From assembly GCA_951406725.2 (NCBI GenBank), contig OX597824.1:64294001-64358000 (forward strand): DNA of 64,000 bases, in the 5' to 3' direction. Positions 11,311 through 25,964 of the stretch are shown one piece after another. This stretch comes from Octopus vulgaris (taxonomy: Eukaryota). The position numbers and the translations under genes were made by a program. Under the pieces are notes generated by a model. It did not search any database and was not told the origin of the DNA. It saw only the letters and a list, made by a program, of their open reading frames with translations. Each line of letters opens with the position of its first letter. The stretch's first letter is position 1.

Positions 11311-12604
11311 GAACTTCATCTGTGTCAACTTGTTTTTTGCTCAGACAACGAATGGAAAAAAAGTATATACAAATATATACACTTGTACCAAAATCTTAAT
11401 TTTGAATTTAGTATATATTATATTAAGGGATTGAACGTACAGTTTCCTGTAAGTCAGTCCACCTCATGATCTCAGTAGACAAAATGGAAAGGGCATTTCC
11501 CCAGAGGATGGTGAGGGAGATATGCTGGAACAGCCACTCCAACTTACAGGGCTTGCTCTTGCAACCATCTCTGCCCTGATAACAGTGAGTAGGGATATGG
11601 TCTAAGGGCCAAAAACACTGGAAGTCTCCACTGCCACAGGTTTTACCATGTACTGGTCAGGGAGCAAATGATACCTTGAAAGTTTGCTTTTCTCAGCATG
11701 ACAAGCAGTGGAGCCAGGGATTGGTAGCTGAACACAGGAAGTTGCTGCTGGAGAAGGTGTCATAGCATGTGGCATCCCATATTACAAGCTAAAGCAGTGG
11801 TTCCCAAACTTTTTCAGGCTACTGCTCCCTTGACAGCCAGGCCGCATCACTTGCATCCCCACCCCAACTAATCATCACAAACATAGATCTCTTTCTGAAG
11901 CAAATTCAAAGCAACTGTATTTCACAAATAAAATTTAAGCTAGTGGACTCGTTATTTTGCTGTTTTTATATGAATTTCTACCTCATTATCACCCCACTTT
12001 TCTTCAATGACCCCTTGGAACTTTCCACCACCCCTAAAGCACAACAAAACAGATGCTGAACTTTGAAATGAACTCATGACCAAGTAGTCAGTGGCTCTAC
12101 ACTTCAAGTTCACAGCTATTACACTTCAGCTTACAACTACAATTTAGGTAACCTCTTCATACAAGTTCATAAAAATAACTAATAAATGACAAATAAAGAA
12201 GAGGAAAAGCTGTATAGTTTGGGTACCAATCAACAAACAATTAACACGGTTATTAATTCTCAATGGACATCATAATATTTGATATATCTTTGACATTTCA
12301 GTAATTACTGTAACCTAAGTAGCTAGAAGTGGTGTTGTTAATAGTTTCAAGTGAGGAACGAGAAATAATGTTACAGGTGATTTATCAGGAGTCTATTACA
12401 TTATTTTACAAATAACACTTGAACTTTGAGTTTTTCAGACCATCATTATATAAATTGTTATGATTGAAATTCCTATGAACTTCATCATAAAAATTCTCTG
12501 GAAGCCACAATGATGGTAATTAACATACAGAGACACTGGACACTAAACACATACACATTCATACACACATTCCTCCTTCTCTCATTCCCTACTTTTTCTC
12601 CTTT

Positions 12605-12636
<32 letters not shown>

Positions 12637-12698
12637 ATATGTATATATGTATATACTTACATATATACATATATATATATATACATATATATACACAA

Positions 12699-12749
<51 letters not shown>

Positions 12750-12961
12750 TATATGGAGTTTTTAAATCATATATATATATTTGAGTTGCATAATAGTGGT
12801 TTTATCTCTAATTTATATTTTATATATATATATATATATAGCAAGGTGAAGTTGTAAGGTACCACACAAGTGGAAATATATATGAAAGGAGGTTTGAAAA
12901 TGCAATCTTAAAGATGTTTCATTTTCAAACCTTTCTTTCATATATATATATATATATATAT

Positions 12962-13325
12962 ATAAACATTATTATTTCTAAATCTCACAGAGATATTCGG
13001 TAACAGTTCCTTAAAGTAAAGATTATTTGCCAACATAATGTGGCTGTTCTCCCTGTTCAAAAATATAAGTAACAATCATCCCTTCCAGGACAACCACATT
13101 ATGTTGGCAAATAGACTTTACTCTAAAGAAATGCTACTAAATATCTCTCTTTGAGAGATTTAGGAATAACAATGTTTCTATTTATTAGATCAGTGCCTAT
13201 GTGTCACTTTGAAAACTATATATTTTTGAATGCCACCTAGCCAAGCAGCTACTCTGCGTTGATAAAGATGTTGCTTTGTGCTGGATGGGAGTGCTGGACT
13301 CCCTGTTCAAAAATATAAGGACACA
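12962..13325. repeat. rearranged pLTR-like repeat with inverted arms (~12962-13047 / ~13090-13180) and a 21-bp direct repeat
   Basis: ctccctgttcaaaaatataag occurs at ~13049 and ~13299. Distantly similar to 14510-14770. Confidence 0.55.
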
Positions 13326-13667
13326 GATATTGTGTCATATAGCCAGCAGGAAATGATGTTTCCTGGCATTAAACAACAGTAACAATTGTCCCATGCTAGG
13401 ACACCACCTTCAAGAATTTTAGGTGAAGAATTGACCCCAGTATTTATTTTTTCTTAGGCCTGGTACTTATTCTGTTGGTCTCTTTTACCAAACCACCAAA
13501 TTACAGGAACATAAACACACCAACGCCAGCTGTCAAGGGGTGACAGGGGACAAACACAATGACACACACACATAGATATATATACAACAGGCTTCTTTCA
13601 GTTTCCATCAACCTAATCCACTAACAAGGCCTGAGGCAATGGTAGAAGACACTTGCTCAAGGTGCCT

Positions 13668-14477
13668 TCTTCCCTCTTCTTCCTTCTCTCTTCTTCCTTC
13701 TTCTTCTTTCCTCTTCCCTCTTCTTCTTTCTTCTTCCCTCTTCTTCTTTCTTCTTTCTTCTTCCCTCTTCTCCTTCTCTCTTTCTCTCTGCTCCCTCACT
13801 CCCCTTCTCTCCCCCTCCCCTCCTCTGCTCCACCTCCTCCTCCTCTCCCTCTCCCCTCCTTCTCCTTCTCTCCTTCCTTCTCCTCTCCCTCCTCCTCCTC
13901 CCCTCTCCCCGCAGCCTTCTCCCCTCCTCTCTCTTCTCTCCCCCTCTCACTCTCCCCACAACCCCACTCTACCCCAACCCCCAGCCAAACCCACACCCCA
14001 CATGAGTTTTCCCCACTCTCGCCCCCCACCTCTCCACAACATCACACTACACTACACCATACGACATTACACATCACATCATACATACATACACACGTCC
14101 AGACCACCAGCCCTCTTTCACATGCACATACATACTCTCTTATACACACACGCACCTTCATGTTGGGGCGAGGTCACTTGACCCTGTTATCTCCCCTACT
14201 ATCCCTCTAGCGTCTAACGTCTGATCTCTGACTTCTGCCTGAAATCAGAATGCCATGTTGGATCATTAGCTCCTACACCCATTTTTTTTCTCTCCTTGTT
14301 TCTTTTCTGTGTATCTTTCTGTCGAAGAGCGTAGGATCGAAACGTAAAAGACTTGTTTTATTTCTATTCCTGAGTGCCATACTAATACAATTGTTTGTTT
14401 GTACTCCACCTGCCTTCGTCTTTTGTTTATTTTCGTAAACCTGCTTTGTCTTTTGTTTATTTTCGTAAACCTTCCCG

Positions 14478-14478
<1 letters not shown>
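13668..14478 (+). mobile_element. 3' tail/pLTR of a Penelope element inserted into a SINE (13390-13667, minus)
   Basis: Pyrimidine-rich tract and cacgtccagacc motif like the tail at 1-600. Ends with a hammerhead motif and (TA)n. Confidence 0.7.
14314..14351 (+). ncRNA. minimal hammerhead motif, CUGUCGA (A6U) core
   Basis: tcttt CTGTCGA a gagcgtaggatc GAAAC GTA aaaga. Confidence 0.55.
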
Positions 14479-14509
<31 letters not shown>

Positions 14510-15024
14510 CAGAAATATTAAAATTACTAAGTCTCTCTAAAGGAGATTATGGCAGCGTTACTGGAAATTAATAGTTATCACCATACTTATATGGCAGTCT
14601 TATAAATATAAGACTAAAGCTGTCGCTGATTAGCTCCAAGAGGCCACCGCCTCAAGCTAGCTATTTGACACACAACCTGCGTCCATTATAAACCTTCGAA
14701 CAGGGGAGGTCAGCCGCTTCATCCTATCAGTCAGACAGCTGCAGACATGTTTCAGGGTATTTGCCCTTTATATATATATGTATAAATGTATATATATATA
14801 CACACACAGACATATATATATATATATATGAATGCTCAAAATGAGGAGTAGATAGGTAGCCAATAACTGATGAAGTGTCTTTTCTCTGTCTTTACTTGCC
14901 CTGTTTTCTATTTTTTCTTGTTGAATAAGTATTTTACTCGTTTTTTCCTCATTTGCTTACGTATTTCATGTTATTTTAACCACTGGCGACGTCTTGTACC
15001 CATATGAGCATGTATGTATATATG

Positions 15025-15067
<43 letters not shown>

Positions 15068-15319
15068 ATGCAAGTGTATGTGTGTGTGTACAGCAATGCA
15101 ACTACACACATGCTGTAGTTGGGTTTTTCCTTCTTTGGACTCTGATGAAGAGCTATGCTCAAAACTCTCTCTTCTTACCAAGCCTCAAACTAATACATTC
15201 CATGGGCACATCCTCTTATTGCTTGTTATTGTTATTTCTAAAGTTAGTTTATTTGATTTGACTATCTATTATCATCGTTTAGCGTCCGCTTTCCATGCTA
15301 GCATGGGTTGGACGATAAG

Positions 15320-15662
15320 GTTGTCAAATAAATTCATTCATTTTCCTTCTGTCTATTTTAATCCTTATTTTTCATCAACAATTTTAGCAAATTCATCAAT
15401 AATATATCCTTCTCCATTGTTCACAACATTTTGCCAATGTTTCTCTAGCTTGTCAATGCCTTAATGGTAGAAATTATTGGGTCTTGGCTCAAAGAATTCC
15501 TCAAACCATGTTTCCAGTTCTATGGTGTTACTGAACAAAATTCCTTGAAGATTGTTGATGAGCAACTGGAAAAGGTAATAATCTGATGGGACTATATCAG
15601 AAGAATATGATGTGTGTGACAGAACTTCCCAATCAAGCTTTTGAATGGCATTTTGAGTCAAA
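15320..15662 (-). pseudogene. mariner transposase C-terminal fragment
   Basis: LDWEVLSHTSYSSDIVPSDYYLF..GIDKL..WQNVVNNGEGY (YSPDLAPSD motif). Confidence 0.9.
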
Positions 15663-15940
15663 TTAGCAGCCTGAGTGCAACCGGAACTGTGAAGAGATAG
15701 CAGAGACGAAGTGATAGAGAAGAGAGTGAGAGTGGGGATAGAGAGAGACAGAAAAATAGACAGACAGAGTCAGAAAGACAGACAGATGACAAAGTTGGGT
15801 AGGCTGCAGGATTGATGGAGGAAAGAGGCAGGAATTATGTATGATGAGAAGTAATTTGATTCTGTGGAACAGTATTACACAAACATACATACATACATAC
15901 ATACATACATACATACATACATACATAGGTACATACATAT

Positions 15941-15982
<42 letters not shown>

Positions 15983-15999
15983 ATATATATATATATATC

Positions 16000-16265
16000 A
16001 TCATCATCATCATCATCATCCTTTAATGTCCGTTTTCCATGCTGGCATACGTTGGACGGTTTGACTGTGATCTGGCAATGTTTCAACAGCTGGATGCCCT
16101 TCCTAACGCCAACCACTCCAAGAGTGTAGTGGGTGCTTTTTACATGCCACTGGCACAGGAGTCAGTCAGGAGTCACTGGCATCAACCATTTTCAGATGGT
16201 GCTTTTTAGGTGCCACCAGCACAGGTGCCAATCAGGCAGATCTGGCATCAACCATGTGTGGATGG
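16000..16265 (-). mobile_element. RTE-linked 3'-UTR/SINE repeat with (GAT)n tail
   Basis: Same tail as the RTE at 21761-24600. Other copies at ~27848-28220, 43681-44080, 44195-44283 and 48056-48517. Confidence 0.8.
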
Positions 16266-16793
16266 ATATATATATCATAATCATCAGTCAATTCAAAGAA
16301 CAAAATTTTTAAAAAAAACAGAAAAAAAGAATAAAATACGAATGTGATGACGTGCACAAGCAATATATTAATTTTACACCCAGTGAAAGGAGAGAGATGT
16401 TAACACTTCAAGCATAGCTCTTTGTCGGAAAGAGGAAAGTCCAAAGAGAAAGAAGGAAAAATCACCAACAATCCATGCATGGTTACATACACCTATGTAC
16501 TGTATACATGCATACATATATGCATATATATATATATATATACACATACACACACACTCACATGTATATATGTATGTATGCATGCATGTATGTACATATA
16601 TTGTTTTACCTCTATCTTGTTTCAGTCATTAGAATGTGGCCATGAAGGAGCACTGCTTTGCTTAATATTATAGCAAAATGTCTACTTCATCTTGCCTGTG
16701 GCATTCCTTCACACGTGCACACGCACGTGTGTGTGTGTGTGTGTGCACATGCATGTGCATGTGTGTGTATGTGTGTGTGCACATGTGTGTGTA

Positions 16794-16833
<40 letters not shown>

Positions 16834-17989
16834 CATGTGTGTGCATGTGTGTTAATTGCTAATCCTCCAAGACTGGTGTTATTGATGTTGTTTGAGGGTC
16901 ATCTTGAACTCTCTGCTCAATGTTGATGGAGTTGAGTGTTAAGAAATGTCTGGTGTCATGTTATTGAAGTTAGCAAATAAATTCCAAGGTGTTACAATCT
17001 CTAGAAAACCAAGGATTGGGCAAAATGTTTCCTGGTAAGATGCCTCATCTGTCAGTTTACTAACTTACCATTCATACAGGAGGTGTTTCTATATTTGTGA
17101 GAGTTATTACACATAACAAGACACATGAGCTGGGTAGGCAAGTTCACAAATAAATTACGTGTTGATGATGTTATAAAAAAAAATTTCATTTACTTTGCCT
17201 GTGGCATCCTTTCACAAAACAAAGCCATTTGCTGGGACCATAATTTACTATGTCTGCTAACATTTATCAGAGTGTCAGCATGTCATGTTTACACAATGAA
17301 ACTTCCGTCTTGTTTTTTCTTCTTCTTTCCTTTTTTTAAGAGTTCACAAAATATATGACTCCAAGATATGTAACATTTTTTTTTGACACAAATGTCTTCT
17401 TTTAGATCTGCTTCCTGCATTTTAATTTACTCACCACCATCAGATTTGTGGATAATCTTTTTTTTTTACATCTAACTACCAAGACATCTGCCACCTTGTT
17501 GTACTCAAGAAGACATGCCCACCACAGCAGAATTGATACCTGTGCTGGTGCCACATAAAAAGTACTCATGCTGGTTCCACAGTAAAAGCAATTGTTCTGG
17601 TGCTGGTGCTGGTGCCACATAAAAAGCACACTGTGGAATGGCTGGCATTAGGAAGACATCTAGCCATAGAAACCATGCTAGAATAGACAATGGAGCCTGG
17701 TGTGGCCCTGGTTTTATCAGTTCCAGTCACACCATCCAAGCCACAGAAAATGGATATTAAATGATTATGATTATGATGATGATTATGATGATGATGATGA
17801 TGACGACGAAGACGACGACGACTATGACGACGACGACGACGACGATGATGACAATGAGGATGGCACTTCTAATTTGTTAATTTGTTGAGGACTGCTGTAT
17901 TCTAATGCATGAAGTTTGCAATGGTAGAAGACAGATACCCAAGGTACTGTGTTGTAAGATTGAATCTGGGATGCATAGATCAGGCATAA

Positions 17990-18382
17990 CTCTTTTACTT
18001 GTTTCAGTCATTTGACTGTGGCCATGCTGGAGCACTGCCTTTAGTCAAGCAAATCAACCCCATGACTTATTCTTTGTAAGCCTAGTACTTATTCTATTGG
18101 TATCTTTTGCCAAACCGCTAAGTTACGGGGATATAAACACACCACCATCGATTGTCAAGCGATGTTGGGGGGACAAACACTGATACACAAACATATATAT
18201 ATGTATATACATATATATACGATGGACTTCTTTCAGTTTCCATCTACCAAATCCACTCACAAGGCTTTGGTCAGCCCGAGGCTATAGTAGAAGACACTTG
18301 CTCAAGGTGCCATGCAGTGGGACTGAACCTGGAACCATGTGATTGGTAAGTAAGCTACTTACCACACAGCCACTCCTATGCC
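17990..18382 (-). mobile_element. tRNA-derived octopod SINE
   Basis: Full-length match to the other copies. Confidence 0.85.
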
Positions 18383-20361
18383 TTTTACAAGAAACAGGCC
18401 AGTAGGCCACACAACTAAATAACTGAAGTTAATTTTTTATCAGATGTGCCATCCCAATAAGCCCCACAGGCCACAATTTACCCATGACTGTCTGAGATCA
18501 AAATCTTCTTTTGATGTTCAAGTATTTTATGTAATTGATTCCTCCCATCACTTTTTATTCTTGTTCAACCCAGTACTGTTAAAAAATCTGTTAAAATTTT
18601 TTTAACCAGTTTTTCTAAACTAAACCATATTCAGCCAACATACATAGACATTAGTATACATTAGAAATTAGTATAAATATCATTGTTATGAATAATCTGT
18701 GTTTGAATCATGCAGCAATTAATTTTGCCTTAAATCCTCTCAAGATAGATATGGCACCAGTCAAGTCTTGGGACCTACATTCTAATTATAATTCCTTTCA
18801 CATCTAGCATGTGGATGGAATTTTAATAAAAAACAAGAACTGTATGGTCTTAATGACAAGATTCTCTAGGGACAGCAAGGTGGCAGAATTGTTAGCAAGC
18901 CAGGGAAAATTCTTAATAGCATATTATGTCTTATGCCTTTTATCCTTTTAGGGTTGGTAAAAATAAGTACCAGTTGAGCACTGGGGTTGATGTAATCAAC
19001 TCACCCTTGTCCTAAAATTGCTGGTATTGTACCAAAATTTGAAACCAATGACAAGATCTCCCATGTGTCCATTGTTGTTTAACTCCAAGCCAATCCTGAT
19101 AGAGGAGACTTATGATCAAAGGTATTCCAGCCATAACTATTTTGTCTTTTGGTTTATCAGGGAGTGCTTTGTCCAGTATATCCATCTTTATTTAAAATAG
19201 TAGAATGTGATTGGAGGAAAATTTGGTAGTTATTTCTAGTAGAGTGAGTAACCACATGAAGGTTCCCTTACTAATATGTAAATTTTCAGTGCTGGCATAC
19301 AACAGCCATTTTAGAAAATACAAGACCCAGTTGGAATGCATTAGGTGTTGTAGTAGTCCCAAGATGAAACCTGAATGAGCAGACCAATAAACAGAATCAT
19401 TCCATGACCAGTCATTTTTTCCTTCTTTCTTTCTCTTCAATCACTGCACTGTACTGTCTATATTCTTCAATGGTTCCTTTTAGAAAATAAAATGTGATTT
19501 GAGGTAGATTTGTTTGCTACTTCTAACAGATTATGTGACCATATATAGTCTCCCTCATCATCCAAAGTTATCGAAATATGTAAAGCTAAAAATTTGAAAG
19601 TAAACTGAAGGCGCTGGAAAGACTTTCATCAAATTGCCATGATATAAAATCACATAAAAGTAGAAAGCAAATTGAAAGTACAGAGAAGAATTTAGTAAAA
19701 TGGCAGTGAAACAATAATAGAAAAGTAGAAAGCAAACTGTGAATAACAATAAAATAATGTAATAATATTCAAGTATATTTTTTATTTTTATGGCACAATC
19801 ACGAAAATGACTAATTTTTGGATTATATAAATTTGGAATAGTGAATTGGATATAGTCAATAATATATGTTATTTGACATATGTACAACAACAGTAAAATT
19901 TGATAAGCTCTATTTTTCAGTATATCAGGTTTTTCTCTCATTTTGTGTGTATGTGTGTGTGTGTGTACACAATTTATAATAATGGATATTTTTCTGCCAC
20001 TTAATACTTTACACTATAGGCTAGATACATTTTCACCATGAGTCATGGGTTACCTGCATAATTTTCAGAGCTAATATTAGTTCTGCTCAGTTGTAATGGA
20101 TAATATAAGTCACATGCCAGCACTATGTATGACTGTCTGCTTCTGTGTTTAGTTATTTGAAGTCTTTCTGTAAGGAAAGAATTGGTTTCTAACAAATATA
20201 CAAAGCCCCATCATCGAAATGTAGGTAATAAAAACAATATCATATGTTGAACTCGAGAAATAAGAAATGTCTTGCACACCTTTACTGTTTCACTTACAGA
20301 TTTTATTTTTCACATTTCCAGATTATCTCCTAGGCATTTATTATATCTGTGCGTATGTATG

Positions 20362-20395
<34 letters not shown>

Positions 20396-20444
20396 TGTAT
20401 GTATGTATGTATGTATGTATGTATGTATGTATGTATGTACTACT

Positions 20445-21022
20445 GGTAACATGTAACCCAGTACAACCTGTTGCGTGGTCAGGCCATTGGCGACTAAACT
20501 GGCAACCCCACCAAGCTTGCTTGGTGAGGAGGGTGTTTATTAGACACCCTGCGGGATGAAAAACAAAACCCGTCAAAGGACAGAGGAACTCTTGAGAGTC
20601 AATGGCCATCCAATAAATGTGTATTTTTTTCTTTTTCTCTTAAGGCTTAAGGCTGTATCATGCGCGGAGACATAGAAATAATCAGACTGAATACCCCCGA
20701 TCACGTGGTTAAACCATTGAGAGTGAAGGACTCCTAGCCTTTGTTAGGGCATCCTTCTAGGAGAAGGTAACTCAGGTAACTGGGATAACTCCGACATAAA
20801 ACCTGCAGCTCAGTGGTTACCGATGATGTTGACTTGTTCTTCTTTTCGGATTATGGCTACTGTTGCTTAATGAGTGGGATTGACTCAGTGCACAGCCTTT
20901 CCTCACTTTAAAAAAATCTTCTTGCACAGGCATTGCACGATAACAACATTGTTCATGATTGTTGATGGTGCTGTGAGTCTCAACTGAATGGCTGGCTGTA
21001 GCCTTAAAAAGCAAATAAAAGT
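20445..21022 (+). mobile_element. RTE-derived non-autonomous element (5'UTR-like part plus 3' part)
   Basis: Contains the RTE-5'UTR-like ctaggagaaggtaactc motif, is GC-richer than its flanks and has no ORF. Confidence 0.45.
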
Positions 21023-21174
21023 CACATTCAGTCACAGCACCAATAACAGTTAAGCTTCATGCAATGGCCATACTCGACAATGAGGGGGCAGCCATCATGT
21101 ATGTATGTATGCATGCGTGCATGTATGCATGTGTGTGTATATGTATGTGCATGTGTCTGTGTGTGTGTGATTAT

Positions 21175-21760
21175 TCAGTTTTATTTCAATATTTCTTGCT
21201 AATAGAGAAAGAACCACTTTTTAATCTAGATCTAAGGCTCCTTCTTTGGAATTTCAATATCAACAACAGGGTATTTTTATATATGTGTATACATGCAGAT
21301 TTGTCTGTTTTGTTTTATGTATGTCTTCTCATGCATATACTTGTGTATCTAGACATGTTCATATATACTTAAATGATAAACTTCTGAAAAGTTTTACAGA
21401 TTTTTACAGTTCCAGTGATGGCTTGGATCTGTAGTCTTCAAACCAGCTTTCTCCTTTCTGGTTTTGAGAAGCCTAATTTCACAAGATTTGTATTTAGGCA
21501 GTGTTTTACATACCCAAGTGATCCAATAATTACAGGTATAAACCTGAACTTGTAATCTGGGTAGAGTAACTGCAGATTTCTCTAGTTCAGCCTAGGTATT
21601 CTCTTTTTCACTTATCCTCAGCTCTATATTAACATCCACTGGGCAGTTAATTTTCATAACTGTCCATAGTTTCTCTTCTCTATCCAAAAACATTATGTCA
21701 GGTCTATTGTATTAACATTTTATCAAAGCTTTCACTGGGACATTCCACCAGTACTCTTTT
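21175..21760 (-). pseudogene. R4/Dong-type LINE 3' end, restriction-like endonuclease domain
   Basis: Translation KEYWWNVPV..NRPDIM..EKE..LLYPDYKFRFIPVIIGSLGYV..GTVKICKTFQKFII* (PD..E RLE signature), followed by a 3'UTR. Confidence 0.8.
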
Positions 21761-24600
21761 TGGGTGGATAAGGTCATAGAGGTTGTCAGGGTATGTGATA
21801 GAGTGCTTAATCTCAGGCTAGTCCTGCAGAACAGTATAGCAACAATTATCTCTGTCTATGCCCCACAAGCGGGCCTACCAAATGATCAGAAAGACCATTT
21901 TTATGATACCCTTCTACAGGCTATCTCAAAGATGAGTGGCAATGACCTCATCTTTGCAGCTGGAGATTTTAATGGGCATGTTGGACAGCAATCCGGTATC
22001 TTCACTGGGGTACACAGGGGTCATGATATTGGTTCCCAAAACGAAGAAGGAACCAGGCTACTGGAGTTCTGTGATGCATGTAATCTTTTAATCTGCAACA
22101 CTAACTTCAGGAAGCCAGGCAGCCACCTGATAACCTATCTATCAAGTGACTCTAGTAGCCAGATCGATTTCATCCTCACCAGGCAGCAGGACGCAAGGTT
22201 GCTCTTAAATACAAAGACCCTCCTGGGTGAAGAATGTACCCCCCAGCATAGACTAGTCATTAGTGACTTTAGACTCGAGGCCAGAAGGATGTCAAGATGC
22301 AGACCCATCCAGAAAAGAAGGATTTGGAAACTAAAGAACCCTTCACATGGTCAGAGATTTAGGGATATCCTCATCAAGAAATTTGATGAGAAGGAGGAGC
22401 TACAGACCTCAGACATAGAGGGTTGCTTGAAATTCCTACAGGACAGCTTACTGAGTGCCACAGACCAAGTCTGCAGATTGTGCAAAGTCCCTTCCAGACC
22501 TAGAGTATCATGGTGATGGAACAATACAGTAGACAAAGCCATTAGAGCAAAGAAACAGACCTGGAAAGCCTGGAAAAGTTGGGATAGCAGAGAACTGTAC
22601 CAGATAGCCAGAAGGGAGGCTGGGGGACAAGGGAGATGCAGAAAAGAAGAGGTTTGCCAATGTCCAGTGACATGAAGACCAAAAAGCTGAAGTATTTTGG
22701 ATTGCAAGACAGTGTGTGAGACAAAATTGTGATGTCACAGGAGAGAAATGCATCCGCATGGATGATGGTGCACTTGCTTTTAATGATTCTGCAAAGAAAG
22801 AGGCTTGGAGATGGCATTATGAAAGACTGCTAAACGTGGAGAATGAATGGGAGGAGGAGAGCCTGCCAAATGCTGACCCAGTTATCCAAATAGACAGCAC
22901 CCAGGTAGATAAAGCAATTAAAGGTATGAAACCAGGAAAAGCCCCTAGCCCATCAGGAATCACTGCTGAGATGCTTAAGACATCTGGTGGTGTGAGCTAT
23001 GGCCTAGTCACCCGTATTGCAGTTCATGACCATAGTCAACTGCTACAAGGGTAAAGGTGATGCTTTAGATAGAAATAACTACAGGGGTATCAAACTGCTG
23101 GATCAGGTGATGAAGGTCACGGAGAGAGTCATAGCCCAACTAATTAGGGAGAGAGTCTGCTTAGATGAGATGCAGTTTGGTTTTGTGCCAGATACAAGCA
23201 CCACTGATTCTATATTCCTGGTACAGTAACTGCAGGAGAAATACCTAGCCAAAGATAAACCCCTATACTTTTGTGGACCTGGAGAAAGCCTTTGTCAGGG
23301 TCCCCCGATCCTTTATCTGGTGGGCGATGCGAAAGCTGTGGATTGACAAATGGTTAATAAGGGCTGTACCAGCCCCATACAGAGATGCTGTTAGTAAGGT
23401 TAGAGTTGGCAATGAGAATAGTGAAGAATTCCAGGTAGAAGCAGGGGCCCACCAAGCGCCCTCTTATTCATCATAGTCCTCCAAACAAAAAGAGAGGAAT
23501 TCAAGACAGGTTGCCTCTGGGAGCGCCTCTATGCTGATGACCTTACCCACATAGCAGAATCACAACCAGAACTACCTAGTAGTTGGGGCGGATGCTCAGA
23601 GAGCATTACCACTAGAATGAGAATTGTCTGGGCAATGTTCAGATTGCTTCTACACCTACTGGTGACAAAGGGCCTCTTGTTCAGAGTGAAAGGTAGATTG
23701 TATGATACATGTGTGCAAACTGCCATGCTTCATGGCAGTGAAAGATGGCCTGTGACTGCTGAAGACATGTGTAGGCTCAAAAGAAATGAAGCTAGCATAA
23801 TCTGCTGGATAAGTAATGTCAGTGTGCATACACGACAGAGTGTAAGCACCCTGAGAGAAATATTGGACATAAGAAGCATTGGATGTGGCATGCAAGAGAG
23901 ATGTCTGCTTTGGTATGGTCATGTACTATGGATGGATGAGGAGAGCTGTGTGAAGAAGTGCCACTCCCAAAGAGTGGAAGGATTCTTGGGTAGAGGGAGA
24001 CCCAGGAAGACTTGGGATGAGGTGGTCAAGCATGACCTTTGAACGTTGGGCCTCACAGAGAAAATGACGAAAGACAGAAACCTCTGGAGATATGCTGTGA
24101 CTGAGAAGACCCAGCAAATAAAGTGAGATCACAGCTATAACCTACACCAGTTTCACATAACCAGACAACTCAAAGGATTGTAGGGCAACTTGCTGTGCTT
24201 GAGGAGACCTATTGAGTAAAGTACATCAACATCAAAATCAAATCAAATCAAATCACATTCAAATGAAAATTTTAGCTGTGATCCCCATGCAGGTGGCACA
24301 TAAAAAGCACCATCCAAACATGGCCAATGCCAGCACCGCCTTGACTGGCTCCCCTGCCAGTGGCACGTAAAAAGTACCATCTGTTCATGGTCAATGCCAG
24401 CCCCTTCTGGTCCCTGCACCGGTGGCACGTAAAAATACCCACCATACTCTCGGAGTGGTTGGCATTAGGAAGGGCATCCAGCTGTAGAAACACTGCCAGA
24501 TTAGACTTGTGCCTGGTATAGCCTCCTGGCTTTCCATACCCCAGTCGAACTGTCCAACCCATGCCAGCATGGAAAACGGACGTTAAATGATAATGATGGT
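21761..24600 (+). mobile_element. RTE-clade LINE, 5'-truncated and decayed (APE endonuclease + RT + 3'UTR)
   Basis: SVYAPQ, GDFNGHVG, QIDF, QHRLV (EN); NYRGIKLL, QFGF, DLEKAF, YADD (RT); GRPRKTW; (GAT)n tail. Confidence 0.95.
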
Positions 24601-25144
24601 GGTGGTGGTGGCAGCAGCTATGGTTTCTGCCATACTGTGTGTTCTTATTTCTTTCTCCTTGGGGTTATCCTTCTGGCGGATTTCATTATAGAGTGTCCTA
24701 GCTACAATATCATGTTTCATTGGTAGATAATACTGTGATGACATTTTCAGACAATCGTTTATGATGTGGATGAAATCTTCAGTGTGAACTCAACAAAGTC
24801 TGCATTGGTTGTCACATTTTACTGCGTTTGTTGCATCTCTCTATTTATGTATGTATGTATGTATGTATGTATGTATGTATGTATGTATGTATGAATTTAT
24901 GTACATTTGTATGCATATTGTTATCACTGGAAATTTATGCATATGTGTGCTTATGTGTGTGTATGTTTCTGTATATATGTGTGTATATTTGTATGCTTGC
25001 TTATGTGTGTTGTTTATGTATGCATGCATATGTATGTTATTTATGGATATACATATTTATGTATGTATGCATATATATATGTGTGTGTATGTATATATCT
25101 ATATCTACATCTGTCTATCTTTCTGTCCCCCACTCTCTCTCACC

Positions 25145-25177
<33 letters not shown>

Positions 25178-25241
25178 TGTATGTATGTATGTATGTATGT
25201 ATGTATGTATGTATGTATGTATGTATGTATGTATGTACGTG

Positions 25242-25273
<32 letters not shown>

Positions 25274-25284
25274 TGTGTATATAC

Positions 25285-25676
25285 TCTTTTACTCTTTTAT
25301 TTGTTTCAGTCATTTGACTGCGGCCATGCTGGAGCACCGCCTTTAATCGAGCAACTCGACCTCGGGACTTATTCTTTTTGTAAGCCCAGTACTTATTCTA
25401 TCGGTCTCTTCTGCCGAACCGCTAAGTAACAGGGACATAAACACACCAGCATCGGTTGTCAAGCAATGCTAGGGGGACAAACACACACACGCATATATAT
25501 ATACATATATACGACGGGCTTCTTTTCAGTTTCCGTCTACCAAATCGACTCACATGGCTTTGGTCGGCCAGGGGCTATAGCAGAAGACACTTGCCCAAGA
25601 TGCCACACAGTGGGACTGAACCCGGAACCATGTGGTTGGTTAGCAAGCTACTTACCACACAGCCACTCCTGCGCCT
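25285..25676 (-). mobile_element. tRNA-derived octopod SINE, low divergence
   Basis: Head ggcgcaggagtggctgtgtggtaag..ggttccgggttcagtccc; tail cagtcaaatgactgaaac. Confidence 0.9.
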
Positions 25677-25964
25677 ATATATATACATATATATATGTAT
25701 ATATATATATACACATACATACACACATATACATATATATATACATACATATATGTATATATATATATGTACATATACACATATATATATATACACACAT
25801 ACATACATGCACTATAAATAGATGAGTGTATTTTTACCTTGTTAACAATTAACACAGAAAAATAAATAAATAGTTACCAGGACAGCAAAAATCTCACAAG
25901 TAAAGATGTTGTAAAAATATTCAACATATATATATTACATATACAACACATATACATTACAACA

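Noticed and set aside
17058-17095. Possible 20-nt minus-strand exon (tag|...|gtaagt)
   Set aside because: Weak pyrimidine tract, not frame-preserving, and expected by chance.
24730-24790. CTGAAGA...GAAA on the minus strand
   Set aside because: No convincing stem I or II, so not counted as a hammerhead.
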